Assembly: GCA_026914245.1 (NCBI GenBank)
Contig: CP110439.1
Coordinates: 7,564,001 to 7,628,000 of the forward strand
Source: Puccinia triticina
Lineage: Eukaryota
DNA length: 64,000 nucleotides
Direction: 5' to 3'
Part shown: in pieces, positions 52,154-64,000 of the stretch
Layout: each line of letters begins with the position of its first letter
Position numbering within the stretch: the first letter of the stretch is position 1
Program-made: the position numbers and the translations under genes
The notes under the pieces: generated by a model
What the model was told of the DNA's origin: nothing
What the model saw: the letters and a program-made list of their open reading frames with translations, nothing else
Database searches by the model: none

Positions 52154-54081
52154 TTTGCTGGATGACCACTATTGTGAATTGGGATTTGTTCCCATGCAGT
52201 GTGAGCAGGGTGTGATAGAGGCTCCTGGCATGGGACCATGGATGGGAGGTGGGAATTTGAACTGAACCATTGAAAGTGCGGCGGCGTAGCCGCCTTGGAC
52301 TCTAGTACATATGATGTAGTAGAAATTGTGCCAATTTGTGAGAAAAATTCAAGGTAGGCACTCCCTGGGGATTACCACCCAAGCTTCCCTGATGAAATCC
52401 TGTGAAATTTTCATAAAAATGGAGGCATTAGAACATGTCATAGAAGGCTGCCACCTCAAAGTGAATTTCTGTTGGTGGGATAATTCCAAAAAGATATAAA
52501 TTTTAGGAAAAGGTAAATCACTCATTCATGGGCACTTTGGGGCACTGTGGCCAAGGCTTTGGGGATGTTCCTTAGTAGCACACCTGCCAAAATGGGCGCA
52601 CAGTAGCACACCCCTTTCCTGAGGTGTGATAATGCCATGCAGATCATTGTATTTTTTTCAGAGGTTATTATTTGCACTCTAAAACCTTGTGGCCCTTTGG
52701 GGCACCATGGCTAAGCTTTTGGTGGCATTCATTAGCAGGAGTAGCACACCCTTTTCCTGAGGTGTTCTAATTCCATGAAGGTCATCTTTTTTCTCTTTAC
52801 AGGTTTTTAGTCATGCTGTAAAATTTTGGTGGGCTTTGGGCGCCACAGTGACAAGTTATAATTTTTTCTGTACTTCTGCCATTTTTTGTCAAACTAAGGT
52901 GCTGATTCCCAAACTTTCTGAAATAATTCAAGTTCTTACTCCCGAAATTGCTCCAGGTCAATTTCTAGTCCTGGGGACCGGGGCTGGATGTCAAATTTGG
53001 GTCCGCAGGACGTAGACACCATTTGGGAGTCAGAATTCCAACTTTTGGGAGTCAATTAATCAACCCCCTAGTTAAATTGATAAGTTTAAAAGTCAAATTG
53101 ATTGAAATTAAAAGTAAACTTAATTTCTTATCATCCCTCTCCTTGAGTTATGTATGCAGGTCTTTTTGATCTTAAAAAATATTTTGCAGTAGCAAGACCA
53201 AGAAATCTTGAGATTGTGTGACATGTCTTATTTTTCTTCAGGTTACATTCTACCAGAGTTACAGGATGTAATTCTTTCAAGCATTCATTCCCCTCCAAGC
53301 TCATCTTGCCACCATGGGAAGTTCCACAGTGGAGGCATAGCCACCTTGAACTTTAGTATTTGATTAATGCTGGAAAAGATACTGTCCTTTGAAAATTCAT
53401 AATTCATATTTAGTTCAGAAAAGTTATGTAAAAGAAATCAAAAAGGCATCATGCAAGTTAAAGTAAGTGAATATCAAAAGAAAGAAACAAGTAAGACTTA
53501 TAAGGAGATAAAAACATAAAGAAAAACAAATTGACTGATGATTCCTTTAAGGATTGATTTAATTTTCTGCAGACAGCTCCCAATCAGAATGCTTGGTTCT
53601 GAGAGAATGGTAGAGGTTTAGACAATCATTCCTGGACTTAAATTAATTACATAATTAAGATATGAAACAGGTGGTTGCTCAAGTATCAGAAAGAATTGAG
53701 ATGGTTACTGTAAGAGAAAGATATACTCAATACTGATAATCAGAAAAATTATTGAAGCATTTTATAACTTACTGGTAACAAACAAAAAATATTTGCAGAG
53801 AAGTGAAACAGGGTGTTTTGACAAGGCACATAACAAATATTAAGGGGGAAGTGGACATCAGATTCTATGGGAAGGAAAATCAAAATCAGCTTTTCACAAA
53901 GTTGATTTAATGACATGATTAAGATTATGAACCTTCTCACCTTGTGCCTGATAGGGTGAGTTTTTTATGTTCCGAGACCATTAGAAAAGAAGAGAAGAGT
54001 TCAAAACTATCAATATAGATCAAACACAAATCACCACTGATTCACCCCAACTCAAGTACTTGCCTGTTGAGCGGTTGCAGG

Positions 54082-55457
54082 TCAAGCTTGAGTATTGCTA
54101 TTACCTCGGCCTCGGGGCCTTGGACTCGTCCTCTGGGGTTGACCGTCTTTTCCTTGATTGGAACTTGCCACTCTGGTTCTCTGCTTTGTTATTTTGACGC
54201 TTGATGGTAACGATACTGGCTTCCCTGTGTTAGGCTGCGATCGTACCGAAGGTCGAGCCACTGGAACTTTACTACTTGCGATCTGCACAAAAAAAAATAG
54301 AAAAAATTCATCATTCTACTCCTGATGAAAGCTACTTGTAGCTTTCACTGACCTTTGGGACTTGGTATCCTGGCCTGGCTTCCCGAGTGACTTGAGTAGC
54401 ATTACTATTCCCCATCGGCCCTGAGATGTCAACATCCCCTCCATAGCCGACTACGCTAGGAGGTCCCCCTAGTTTCTCGGAAGCCATTGGAATCTCGGAT
54501 TCGGGTATGCTGGCAAATTTCTTTCTTAATAACAGAAAAATCGAAATTATGAAAGCAGCTGTGCCAATTATTATTAGGCCTTTCAGTCCTGGATCTTCCA
54601 TCAATGATGAGCCGGGTGGGGTCTTCTGTGCCTGTGCTTTAGGTGGCGCCTTCGGTGGTCCTCCAGTTGGAGATTTGCCACTTGGGACTTGAGTTTCACT
54701 CTGGTTTGCTGATTTACCCGGTCCCAATAAGGCCGAGTCAGTTAGCTCTGTATCAGTTGATCCTGACCCAGATTTTTCTGGGGACGCATCCGCAAGGTTA
54801 TTAAGGGGGGCGGCCTCCCGTAGATTGCTAACCAGATCGGCGTCCCGAAACTGATTAGCGCGAGTTTCGGGGACACTTTCAGCTGCTGAATGTAAATAAT
54901 TATTTGGAAGAGAGATCTCTTGAGTTGACTCGTTCGAGGCAACCTGTCTTCTCTTGAGTCGAATGGCTAGCAGGACGGTATTTTGTGAAATGAAAAGTAA
55001 GTCTTGAATAACTGCTCATTACGAGAGGGAAAAAAATCCACTTACAAGGCTCTTGCGATTTTTTATCCGGATATAATGTAGGAGAGATGATACTTTGAGA
55101 AGAGGGGTTGGTTTGATCTTCTTCAATGGTTGTTCGTCGTAATGCGTCCCACAGCATGGATAATGCCGAGAAGTCTTCTAACAAAATTTTGGAAATGCGC
55201 AGGTCAGAATGTTAGAAGTTTGGATAAGAAAAATATCCAAATTAATATGTACCTTTTGTCAATTCAGGAGCGGTTGGACTATTATCAGAGAGAAACGTGA
55301 GGAAAGCAGCGCGTTGCGATGAGGTCTGGAACATATGACCTGTCCATCTTATAGCGTGAGGCTCATATAAGGCCAACGCATCTACGTGACAGACTTTTAG
55401 AGAAGATAAGAAGGTAGAAGGAAGGAAAAGAAGCAGGAACAAAAGTCGAATGGGCAT
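54082..55457 (-). CDS. Lineage-specific signal-peptide protein with KRR site and one TM helix (4 exons, ~385 aa)
   Basis: Exons 55457-55253, 55177-55046, 54966-~54353, ~54282-54082 join in frame; MPIRLLFLLLFLPSTFLSS signal, RLKRRQ, LIIIGTAAFIISIFLLLRKK. Confidence 0.75.
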
Positions 55458-56562
55458 TTTTTCTAAGGTTTTATTAAGTTGTGTTGAGTTGGGGCGAAGA
55501 GTATGAACTACCGCGGTGAAGTCTCAGCCAGTGAGGCACTCGAGTTTTCCAAAAAGACGAAGGGAGCAAAGGAACGTTGAGAAGACGGATTTCGGTATCA
55601 GGCCAAAAACTTGACGTTCGTTCGACTCTTTGGAGTTTGATGTGCACCGGTGGAGAATCACAAACCGTGGACCAGTGTAATAGGTGGTTGAACGGAATGA
55701 GATTATTGCCAATGAAGCTGGAATTTTTCGACATGGACAAAAGGATGTCTAGTACACATAAACTTGCAACAGAACTGCCGATACCGAGGTTCGAATAAGG
55801 CAAAGCTACCGACAATTAGATCACTAAGGGTGTAGACAAATTTATCATTGGTAGCCTATTGAGGATGGAGACCGGGGCATCCCATCTGCCAGCAAGACTC
55901 ATGAGTTGCTTCGTAGGATGTTTGCAGCTTGCCAACTTTCTCATGACGATCACCACGGCGATTAATAAAATCCTCGGGCGTCGAGACTTACAAACGCGTT
56001 GAAAATAACACCAGCCCTGACTATGGATATGGTCATGGACTCGTTTTCACCGGCGAGGTTCATTCGAGACCCCTCATGACACATCCTATGCCTGCATATT
56101 CCGCCCAGCACCAATGCCTTTTGTCAAACCAATCTACTTCACGTTACCCAATCAAGGTTTTGCTGAGGTCAGTGGTCTTGCCAACTTTTCACAAAAGGGG
56201 CTTTTTTGGCAGCCGCTCAGCAACATTTGAGCAAACAAGCATCTCAATACATGACGTACATACACAGTCTGGCCTCTAGGAGATTTCTCGTACTGTAGTG
56301 CTGGTCTTGCGGGTCAAAGTGACAAGATAACGTAGGATCCTGGAATCATCAATGAGAAATGATGCAATGAATGATTAAATCATCGATCGTGAATATTTCA
56401 GGGTATATTCATTCTATACGTTTACATAGACTGGAGTGAAGAAAAAATAATAGATTGTTTTTCGGACATGAACATGAGAGACTTTGATATTTACGGATAC
56501 GTAGTGCCGTCCTTCAATTTTTCTAGAAACAAAAACAACAGCAAGACACCCTGAAAATGTTT

Positions 56563-59134
56563 CTATGAATCGTCGACTTGGTTTGAAGATACTTGTTCTG
56601 CTTTGAGCTTCTGTCTCTCTTTTTTACCCTTACGTTTCTTAGTAGGGGGCTGCTGAGGGGTTTCGTTTTGATCCTGAGTAGCAGACTGCGAAGTAGAAGC
56701 TTGTTGGTGTTGTTGATTAGGATTGCTACCAAGGGCTTCACCCCACGTCCTTGTTTTAAGCTTCTTGCGCAACTCTTTAAGTTTCTTTTTCCTCGTAGCG
56801 AGCTTACGATCGTTGGTAGCTGATCGATAGGGTGCTAATTTTTTTAATCCAATCACTTGGTTCAGTTCGGCATCTGTCGCCAGAAGGATTTGTTCTGGGG
56901 TCATCCAATCCGTCGCCTCTGTCTTTGTGTAATGGAACCTCGTCGGCAGGTCTCCAATCTGGTTTCGAGCGTTAACACAGAGATCCAAGAGGCGTTAGCT
57001 TTTGAGTCAAAGCTGGAATCATATAGCGGTTGTGCAAACCATGTCTTCACAGTCTAACTTGTGATACTCATCCAATGCTTCCAATAGCTTTTTCTTGCGC
57101 TCCTCGGGAGAGAGTCCTTCCAGGTCATCAACTTCCTCAATATGGTCGACTTCTTCCTCTTCGTTCTGGGGGTCTTCTTTTTGGACAAGGGCGCGCTTCT
57201 TCTCGGCTTTTGCCAAGCGTTTCATCTTTTTCGATAGCTTTTTGCCGCCAGGGTCCAAGGGATCGTAAGCATCGCCACCGGGTTCAAAATTGATTTGTGG
57301 AAGGATGTCGTCGATTTCGATATCGTCTTCCCAGACTGGTTTACCGTCCGGATCCTGGTTTGAGTACATCAAATTAACATCGACTTGGATAAAACACAAG
57401 TCAAAGCCAACCCACAGTTTTGCCGTAAAAATCATTATCAAACACATTTTGCATTCGGCGATCATGACTTTCAGGATCGAAGTCACTGTCCAAATCTATG
57501 CCGTCGAGATTACAGTCTGATGTGGAAATAACAAAAATATCATTGTTGAGTTCCAAAAGCTCATGTAGAACAATTAGATACCACTTACCTTCAGCGCCAG
57601 CATTTTTGCGGATAATCTCAAGTTTCTTCATCACCTCATCTTTTTTGAGTGCTTTCATTCGTTCAAGTTCTTCCATACGCTGCCGCTTTTCTTCATCTTT
57701 CCTAGATTTCACTGCTTCTCGACCAAGTTTTCGACTATCATCTTTGCGTCTAGCTGAAGGACCTGTATCTCTAGCATGGGTAGTGACTGTAGGATTGGGA
57801 CTGTATAAAATTAACTCGATAAGCTCAACTATACCTCGTCGATTGTCTTGAAGAGCAATAAAAAGTTGCGAACTTACTCTTCAAATCGAAAGTTGTAATT
57901 AGTCTCAAACTCTTCCGCCTTTTCGACAAACTCTTCATCTTCTTCGTCATATTCATCACAGATCTCAGTTTTCCCTAAGACGGTAGCATTACTTCCGGAT
58001 GTATTAGACTTTGTTTGTCTAGGCCTGCCACCAGGCTCGACTAGCTCTTTATATTTCGGGATTTTCTTCGCTTCCTTATCGATCCATCCACGACCGAGGA
58101 CGTAGGCTCGCAAGAATTCATCATCATCTTGTTGTGTTTGACATTTTTCTTCAGTTTCTCCGGAAGGATCGGTGCGGTTCACGAAGTTCAATTGGAGAGC
58201 CGTTTGAATGTTATCACTACCGACCTGGTCGATCAAAAATCGTTGATATTCTTCATCTTCTTCTTCGATTTCGCCAAGCTCTTTGTCTCTGAGCACAAGC
58301 AAGTTCTGTATACCATCTGAACTCTTTTCAGATTCGTTATCCTTGTCTTCTTCATCATTAACCAAGGCGTGAAAAGCTCGCTTAGTTTCATCCCTTAGTG
58401 CTTCGGCTTCTTCTGCGGGTGTGGGTTCGTAATTTGCAGGTAATGTCTCATCTTCATCGAACTCCCGTCCTTGATTAGCGAGAAGTGCTTTGCGATGGTA
58501 ATCTCTCAAGTTCATCGGTTTTTTTCGACTGGTCGATTCAGCTTTGCCACGTTTCAGCTGTTGAGCTCGGACGGCCGCGTTCTGAGCCTCTTCCTCTGTT
58601 GGGAAATATGCGAGCAAAACCAAGTCGAATGTCAGCTTTGGATGACTCTCTCTACATGCTATGGATAAAATCAATTAATCATAGTGAGAACATATACAAA
58701 AGAACCTTCAAAGACATTTCCCTTGGACTGGTATAGCTTGGGATCTTCTTTCTTGATCCGAGCAAGTGTTTTTAAGATAGCCACATCGACCTCTGGTGTG
58801 ATGAATTCTGCATCTGAATCTTCAGACGAGAAGTCTTCCTCACTCTCCGAAGCCTCATAATCCGAGCCGTATTTATCTTTCACTGAAAAAAAACTCCAAA
58901 AAGGAACGAAGTAGAGCGAGGTTATTGATGCTTCCGAGATTACTTTCTTCTCAGAGCTAAAAAGAACGCACGTTTCATTAATTCCTCGCCCCGTTTTTGA
59001 CGTTCGAATTTTTGAGCGTATGCTTCGTTATAGTGAAAGGAATCCGCTTGATTATTCCGAGCAGATCGCAGCCTTCCATCAGACTGATCTTCCAAGTCTT
59101 TTTCGACATCTTCAAACAAGTCAATCGGTGCCAT
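56563..59134 (-). CDS. KRI1: Kri1, 40S ribosome biogenesis factor (multi-exon)
   Basis: FHYNEAYAQKFE, DDEFLRAYVLGRGW, EEFETNYNFRFEE, KEELERMKALKK-like RMEELERMKALKK, GDLPTRFHYTK..MTPEQILLATDAELNQVIGLKKLAPYR (Kri1_C). Confidence 0.93.
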
Positions 59135-59446
59135 TCGAGTATCAACTATTTGGTATGAAAATGAAGTGAAGTCGAATATGAAGCAAAGGCAATTTCAGGT
59201 GAACTATTTGGGAGATTGACGTGCGATTAATGGCCCATGTTTTTGATATTCAATTTGAAGCTGGCGCCCGCGTATGCAAAATGCGATGTACCATAGCTTT
59301 CCGGGGATTCGAACCTCGGATTCCGCGCCCCCAAATATTACGCTCTGCTGGGATTCCGTTTGCCCCTCGGATTCCCTGAGTCCACAATCCGAGGTGTGCC
59401 AAAAGGCGTACCACGGAACCACGGATTTGTCAACATGGAAGTCACT

Positions 59447-60072
59447 TCCTGGTCATCAAAGAGAGTGATTACTCCTCTCCAATTCCGTTCCCTTGCGGTC
59501 ATCGAGGGGATGATGTACTCCTCTCGATGTCCGGAACGAACTGGTCATCGAGGGGATAATGTACTCCTCTCAATGACTCGCTCCCCTCGATGACTCGCTC
59601 CTCTCGATGGCCGGAATGAACCGGCCATCGAGGGGACTGATTACTCGTCTCGATGACCGGAACTCTCTATGTCCGCTCCGTTCCGGTCATCGAGGGGATG
59701 AAGTAATGCCTTCGATGACCGGAACAAGCCGGCCATCGATGGGAGTGATCCCTCTTCTCGATGACCGGAACGAGGCGGCCATTGAGGGGAGTGATTACTC
59801 TTCTTGATGACCGGAACGAACCGGCCATTGAGGGGAGTGATTACTCTTCTCAATGGCCGGCTCGTTCCGGGCATCGAAAGCAATACATCTTCCCCTTGAT
59901 GTCCGGAACGAACCGGCCATCGAGGGGAGTGATTAGTTCTCCCGATGACCGCTCCGTTCCGGTCATCGAGGGGATGATGGACATCTCTCGATGACCGGAA
60001 CGAGCCGGCCATCAAGAGGAGTGATGACAGGTGATGACTCTTCTGGATGACCGGAACAAACCGGCCATCAAG
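59447..60072. repeat. Tandem array of ~13 palindromic 46-bp units
   Basis: CCGGYCATCGAGGGGA-N8-TCYYCTCGATGACCGG plus a 6-bp linker; units start at 59683, 59729, 59775, 59821, 59867, 59913, 59959 and 60005. Confidence 0.9.
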
Positions 60073-60335
60073 AATCTGGTGGATGGTCTTATGTGTATAT
60101 ACATATGTATTGTGTTTCCGCTTAACCTTGGACAAGTCGAAATCGGATCCAGTTAAAGTTATGGTGTTTGGAGTGCACAGCAGGGCACAGCACCAGTAAA
60201 AACCGGTTTTCTGCCCCACAGCCTCCAGATATGTCTCCCATCGGATATCCCCCCTGGAGCTCATCCTTCCCGCCCTGTCCACCATCCCTTTTGCAAGAAC
60301 CAGCTCGAGCTCGACCACTTATCCCTTATCCCATC

Positions 60336-61453
60336 ATGGGATTTGTACCCTATCCACCTGCAATCAAAGTCGTGGCCGTCCGAATGGCCCTCGAAGGATA
60401 TTCCGAATCACACATCAGTCAGACCCTCGGCAAGAAGATCTCCCGCCAGTCTTTCCAGCGTTGGATCCACCTTTACCGACAAACCAGAGCCATTGTTCGC
60501 AGTCCTGACTCGTACAAAGCTCGCGGAAGGCCCTCGACCCTCTCAACCGACGAATGCCGATTCATGGTTGAGTTGGTTTGTTCTGAACCTGGTTTATTCC
60601 TTGAAGAGATGCAACAACGCCTCTTTGGCTTGACTGGGACGCTTCTAAGCGTCCAATCCATTCACGAGAACCTTGTCAATAGGCTATCAATCACCTTGCA
60701 GAAGCCATCAATTGTGAACTCTCAAAAATCTTTGGTGGCCAAGTATGCGTACGTCGAGTGAATGGAGTTTTTTCCGGCTAAACTTTTAGTTTTCACCGGC
60801 GAGTCTTTCTTTTTTCTTTGGTTGATGACAGCTGGGACTAATGAAGCTGTCCTCTCATCTGTTGAAGATGAGAGCTCCTTTTGTGACAAGGACCTTCTCC
60901 AATCGTTTGCGAGGTCGGAGAAAGGGACCGGAGCTCAGCGCTTGGTTATCAACCAGAACCCTGAACGTTGGAGTCTGCTGCCTGCGATATCGCTCACCGG
61001 GTTGGTTGCGCTCACCATGACAAGGGGGACATTCCAAGGAGATCAATTTGAACATTTCCTTGAGTTTGATTTGGTGAGTACGTAATCAACCCAGTTTGAG
61101 TACTCTTAAGCTGACATTAGCTTGTGCAGCTCCCTCGGATGAATTGATATCCAGACGTGAATTCCGTGCTTGTCTGTGACAACGGAGCAATCCACCAAGG
61201 TGCTAGGGTCAGAGAGCTTTGCAACGACTTCGGCGTCCGGATCATTTATCTCCCACCGTATTGCCCTGAGCTTAACCCAATCAAACTATGCTTTGCAGCA
61301 ATCAAGCAGCACCTCCGCTTAACTCAGAGCCTGAGTTATGTCCCAGACACCGAGTGGGAAATTCGACGAGTTACCGGTGAAATAATTGACAAGGTCTTGT
61401 GTGCAAAATTGATTGCTCATTGTGGGTATTGCATCCCATCAACTTCCGACTAA
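60336..61453 (+). pseudogene. IS630/Tc1-mariner DD34E-type transposase, inactivated
   Basis: N-terminal HTH (ISRQSFQRWI..GRPSTLS), VFT|DES, SLLPAIS, VLVCDNGAIH..YLPPYCPELNPI(E>K), 34-aa spacing; in-frame TGA stops. Confidence 0.88.
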
Positions 61454-62054
61454 AGCAACCCAGATATTTCTAGCACGGCCTTCAGCGATATCTTATGACA
61501 ATTAAACAAGAATGATGCCATTTTTTCAAATTGTTTTGTCCGCCTGCCTGCTTTAGTAAACAATACACGGTCTGTAGCATGCTATCTTATCTAAAAATTT
61601 CCACATCAAATAGCTCATGTATCTCCGAAAGAGCCTGTTGTATGACCCAATTCAATGGGTCCAGACTAGTAAGAAATAAGACTGTTACCAAAACAAAACG
61701 CCTGTGTTATATAAATTGGCATTGAGCTGAAGTTAGCGGATACCAAGCCAAAAACTCCAACAATCTTTAACAGGCGCAGTCTGTGGTACTGTAGCGTCTT
61801 TTTCTGAGGCAAACGCGAATTCAGGCCTGAAGGCTTTGGCATCTGTTGTGCCCCCTTTCAACAAGTTGTTGTGTGAAGTCTCTTTTAGAAAGTAGGTGAA
61901 GGGGCATCCGAATATCAAGAAATTAATACATTTTTCACACATTTGAAAGGACAATTGGCATCTTTTACAAGCAATTCTAATTGTAGCAGAGATACCATAT
62001 CAAGTAAATAGTCAAATATGGTGGATCAAGGGAGACAAGAAATCCCTGGTGGCT

Positions 62055-62850
62055 TCAAGGCATCCAATCCAAATCTTTGTTGCTCATGTCGTGAAAGTTG
62101 ATCGCCCCGAGACGATTGCCGGCCATTTTGACCGAATACAATGGATGACGATCCCCATCGCAGGAGGGCAAAGGAGTAATCCAATTGCGATCGACGGATT
62201 GGCCATCGAAGCTATCTTCCATCAACGGAGTTTCTTTGATGGTTTGAATTGCTTGCTTGTTCTTTTGATTGCTATGGACAAGGATGGGCACTTGGCTCAA
62301 CACGTTCTGGTAGCGACGTCTGGCAAACCGTTTGGTCTGGTTTTGTGGGCCCCGGGAGAGGTCCAAAGGCGGAGGACCAGGAGTGGGATGCTGCTGTCTT
62401 TTGGGTAAGAGCTCGCTGAGTGGATCGCATTCTACTTTCACTGGAGTCGGGCTAAGGGAATGTGATTGAGGGATCTGAGCAGGGATCCTCACAAGAGGTG
62501 CAAGGAGAGCTTTGGGTGTCTCAGCCAAAGTTGGTTCCGGTTTTGGCAGGCCAGTGGAAAAGCGAGGCAAACCAGTCGGACCGACATCGGCGGCTCTGCT
62601 CTTCAACTCAGAGAGCATTTTCCGGGATTGTTCAAGGATCTTGGGAGGCAGTGAGGTTTCGAGTTCAGGGGGTACTGCGAGAGGCGGGCCGATGAGACCA
62701 GCCAGCCAACGGTTGTGTAGCCAGAGCCGTTTGTTGATCTGCCTGGCCTCATGCAGCATTCCCATGTGTGCTGCTTTGGGTGGTGTGGGCGATAGGAGCT
62801 CGGGTGGAAGGTCAGACCAGGTATTGGTGATCAGCGTGCCTGGGGGAATC
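62055..62850 (-). other. Probable 3' part of a host gene (tentatively resembles C-termini of fungal LYR-motif mitochondrial proteins); 5' structure unresolved
   Basis: Long open frame with ARQINKRLWLHNRW..GPPL and TKRFARRRYQNVLSQVPIL; no clear ATG or upstream exon. Confidence 0.35.
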
Positions 62851-64000
62851 GATCTCAGAAGAGCTCGGCTCCGTCGTCGGGATGGACTGAGCTGGTTTGC
62901 CGTCACGGATGTTCTTGAGAGCACTGGCGAGGATCTTTTGGCTGTTTTTGTACACGAGAGAGACCGTGTTCTCTTCGACCTGACCAATAGTCTTGTCTAC
63001 TAGATGGGAGTTCACAGAGAGTTGGTTGAAGCGAGGCAGGACTTTATCCAGTTTTGCCTGGGCTTCATCGTAAAAGTTCTTGGCAGCCTCCATGTTCGTC
63101 GCGGTGATCGTTTGGAGATCTCGCAAGAGGTTGCGGGTCTAAGTCTGCGCAGGTTGGAGCTTGGAGATCGACCGGCGAAGGAAGACGAAAGAGGAGAGCG
63201 AGCGTTGTAAGTGGTCAAATGGCTCGACTTCAGTCAAGATCTCTTGGTCACTGGATGATGAGGCCTTTGATGGGTCAATCAAACCGAGGGGCGGCGTCGA
63301 GCGGGAACCAATGGTAAAGCATGCCCTGGTAGAGGCTCTCACAAATCAGCCAATGCGGATGCTCAGCCAATTCCCCCCTGGTGGGAAGCTTGAGTCTGTC
63401 CGCTTGGCTCCGCAAGTCCACTGATCACTCGAAACAATTGTATAATTATTTTACTAAGCTGATATTGCACGGGTAAGTACAGATCTGTATTACAGAAGGA
63501 TGGTAATAGGTTAGATTGGTGGATAAGATCAAAATAAAGAGAAACCTGACTTGTAGATTTAGGTGTTTAAACAATGTTGGGTTAATTAGAAGTAATTGTG
63601 GAATGTACTCATTTTTTGATATCTAAGAACTTGTGGACATTATCCTTCAACTGGGCAATTATCCCATTGGATAAGCCCCATCTACTCATGCACTCATGCG
63701 TGATGTTTTTGGACAAGAAGAATCAAGGAGGGGTGATATCGTTGTTGTCCAGCAACTTAAGGACACCTTCTTTCTTAGAAGGGTTGATCTTGACAAACTC
63801 AACGTACTCTTGGACAAAAGCGGGATCCGGGTTTATGATTGAATCGTCGGGATTGCATGAGGGGCTACAACCACGATCCGCCGTGATTTTGTTGGTTTTT
63901 TGCTTTTTTTCGATAAGTGTTCAAACTTAAATTCTCCAGGAGGTGTGTGCATTGACACTCCGGTCACGTTGTCCATCTAAAACAGATCATCTTACGGATT

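Larger units (their letters stand above)
49116..52305. mobile_element. Unclassified TIR element with CTAG ends, 29-bp TIR and 6-bp TSD TACATA
   Basis: CTAGAGGCCAAGGCGGCTACGCCGCTGCA versus reverse complement CTAGAGTCCAAGGCGGCTACGCCGCCGCA (27/29); TACATA at 49110-15 and 52306-11. Confidence 0.75.
48320..53068. mobile_element. Old element with long (several hundred bp) diverged TIRs, possibly MULE/foldback-like, hosting a nested insertion
   Basis: GGGAGTTGAAAATTGACTGCC versus reverse complement GGGGGTTGATTAATTGACTCCC; arms share GACTCCCAAA, GGCGCCCAAAGCCC and GTAGCACACCC blocks; no TSD found. Confidence 0.6.

Noticed and set aside
59290..59330. GGTTCGAATCCCC B-box-like motif on the minus strand
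   Set aside because: No acceptor, D or anticodon stems could be built around it.
59447..60072. CRISPR-like appearance of the palindromic array
   Set aside because: No unique 25-45-bp spacers (only 6-bp linkers and short loops), no cas genes, eukaryotic context.
63348..63364. CCAATGCGGATGCTC match to the 24813 MITE TIR
   Set aside because: Single short match with no partner end or TSD found in the window.

Overview
Eukaryotic, intron-rich and transposon-dense DNA, most consistent with a rust fungus (Pucciniales, probably Puccinia; this is inferred from gene structure and TE types). I reconstructed seven apparently intact spliced host genes by hand. Four form a compact island at 13.3-19.5 kb: an At2g23090/ZNF706-like zinc finger, HUB1/UBL5, a catalytically intact HEN1-type small-RNA 2'-O-methyltransferase and a J-domain protein. 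The other three are an ADP1-like EGF/ABCG half-transporter, a lineage-specific signal-peptide/TM protein and KRI1. There is also a degenerate intron-containing tRNA-Ala(AGC) and a partial ORF near 62-63 kb. The rest is layered mobile DNA: decayed hAT, PIF/Harbinger, Tc1/IS630, Copia and tyrosine-recombinase elements, plus many MITEs and non-autonomous elements whose TIRs and TSDs can be read directly. TE coding motifs repeatedly carry CGA->CAA/TGA lesions, as expected from TpCpG RIP-like or methylation-driven mutation. The most interesting leads are the fungal HEN1 and its RNA-processing neighbours, fold-back MITEs as possible small-RNA sources, an unclassified CTAG-ended element with a 6-bp TSD, and a 46-bp palindrome array upstream of KRI1. 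All calls are by eye; no database searches were run.
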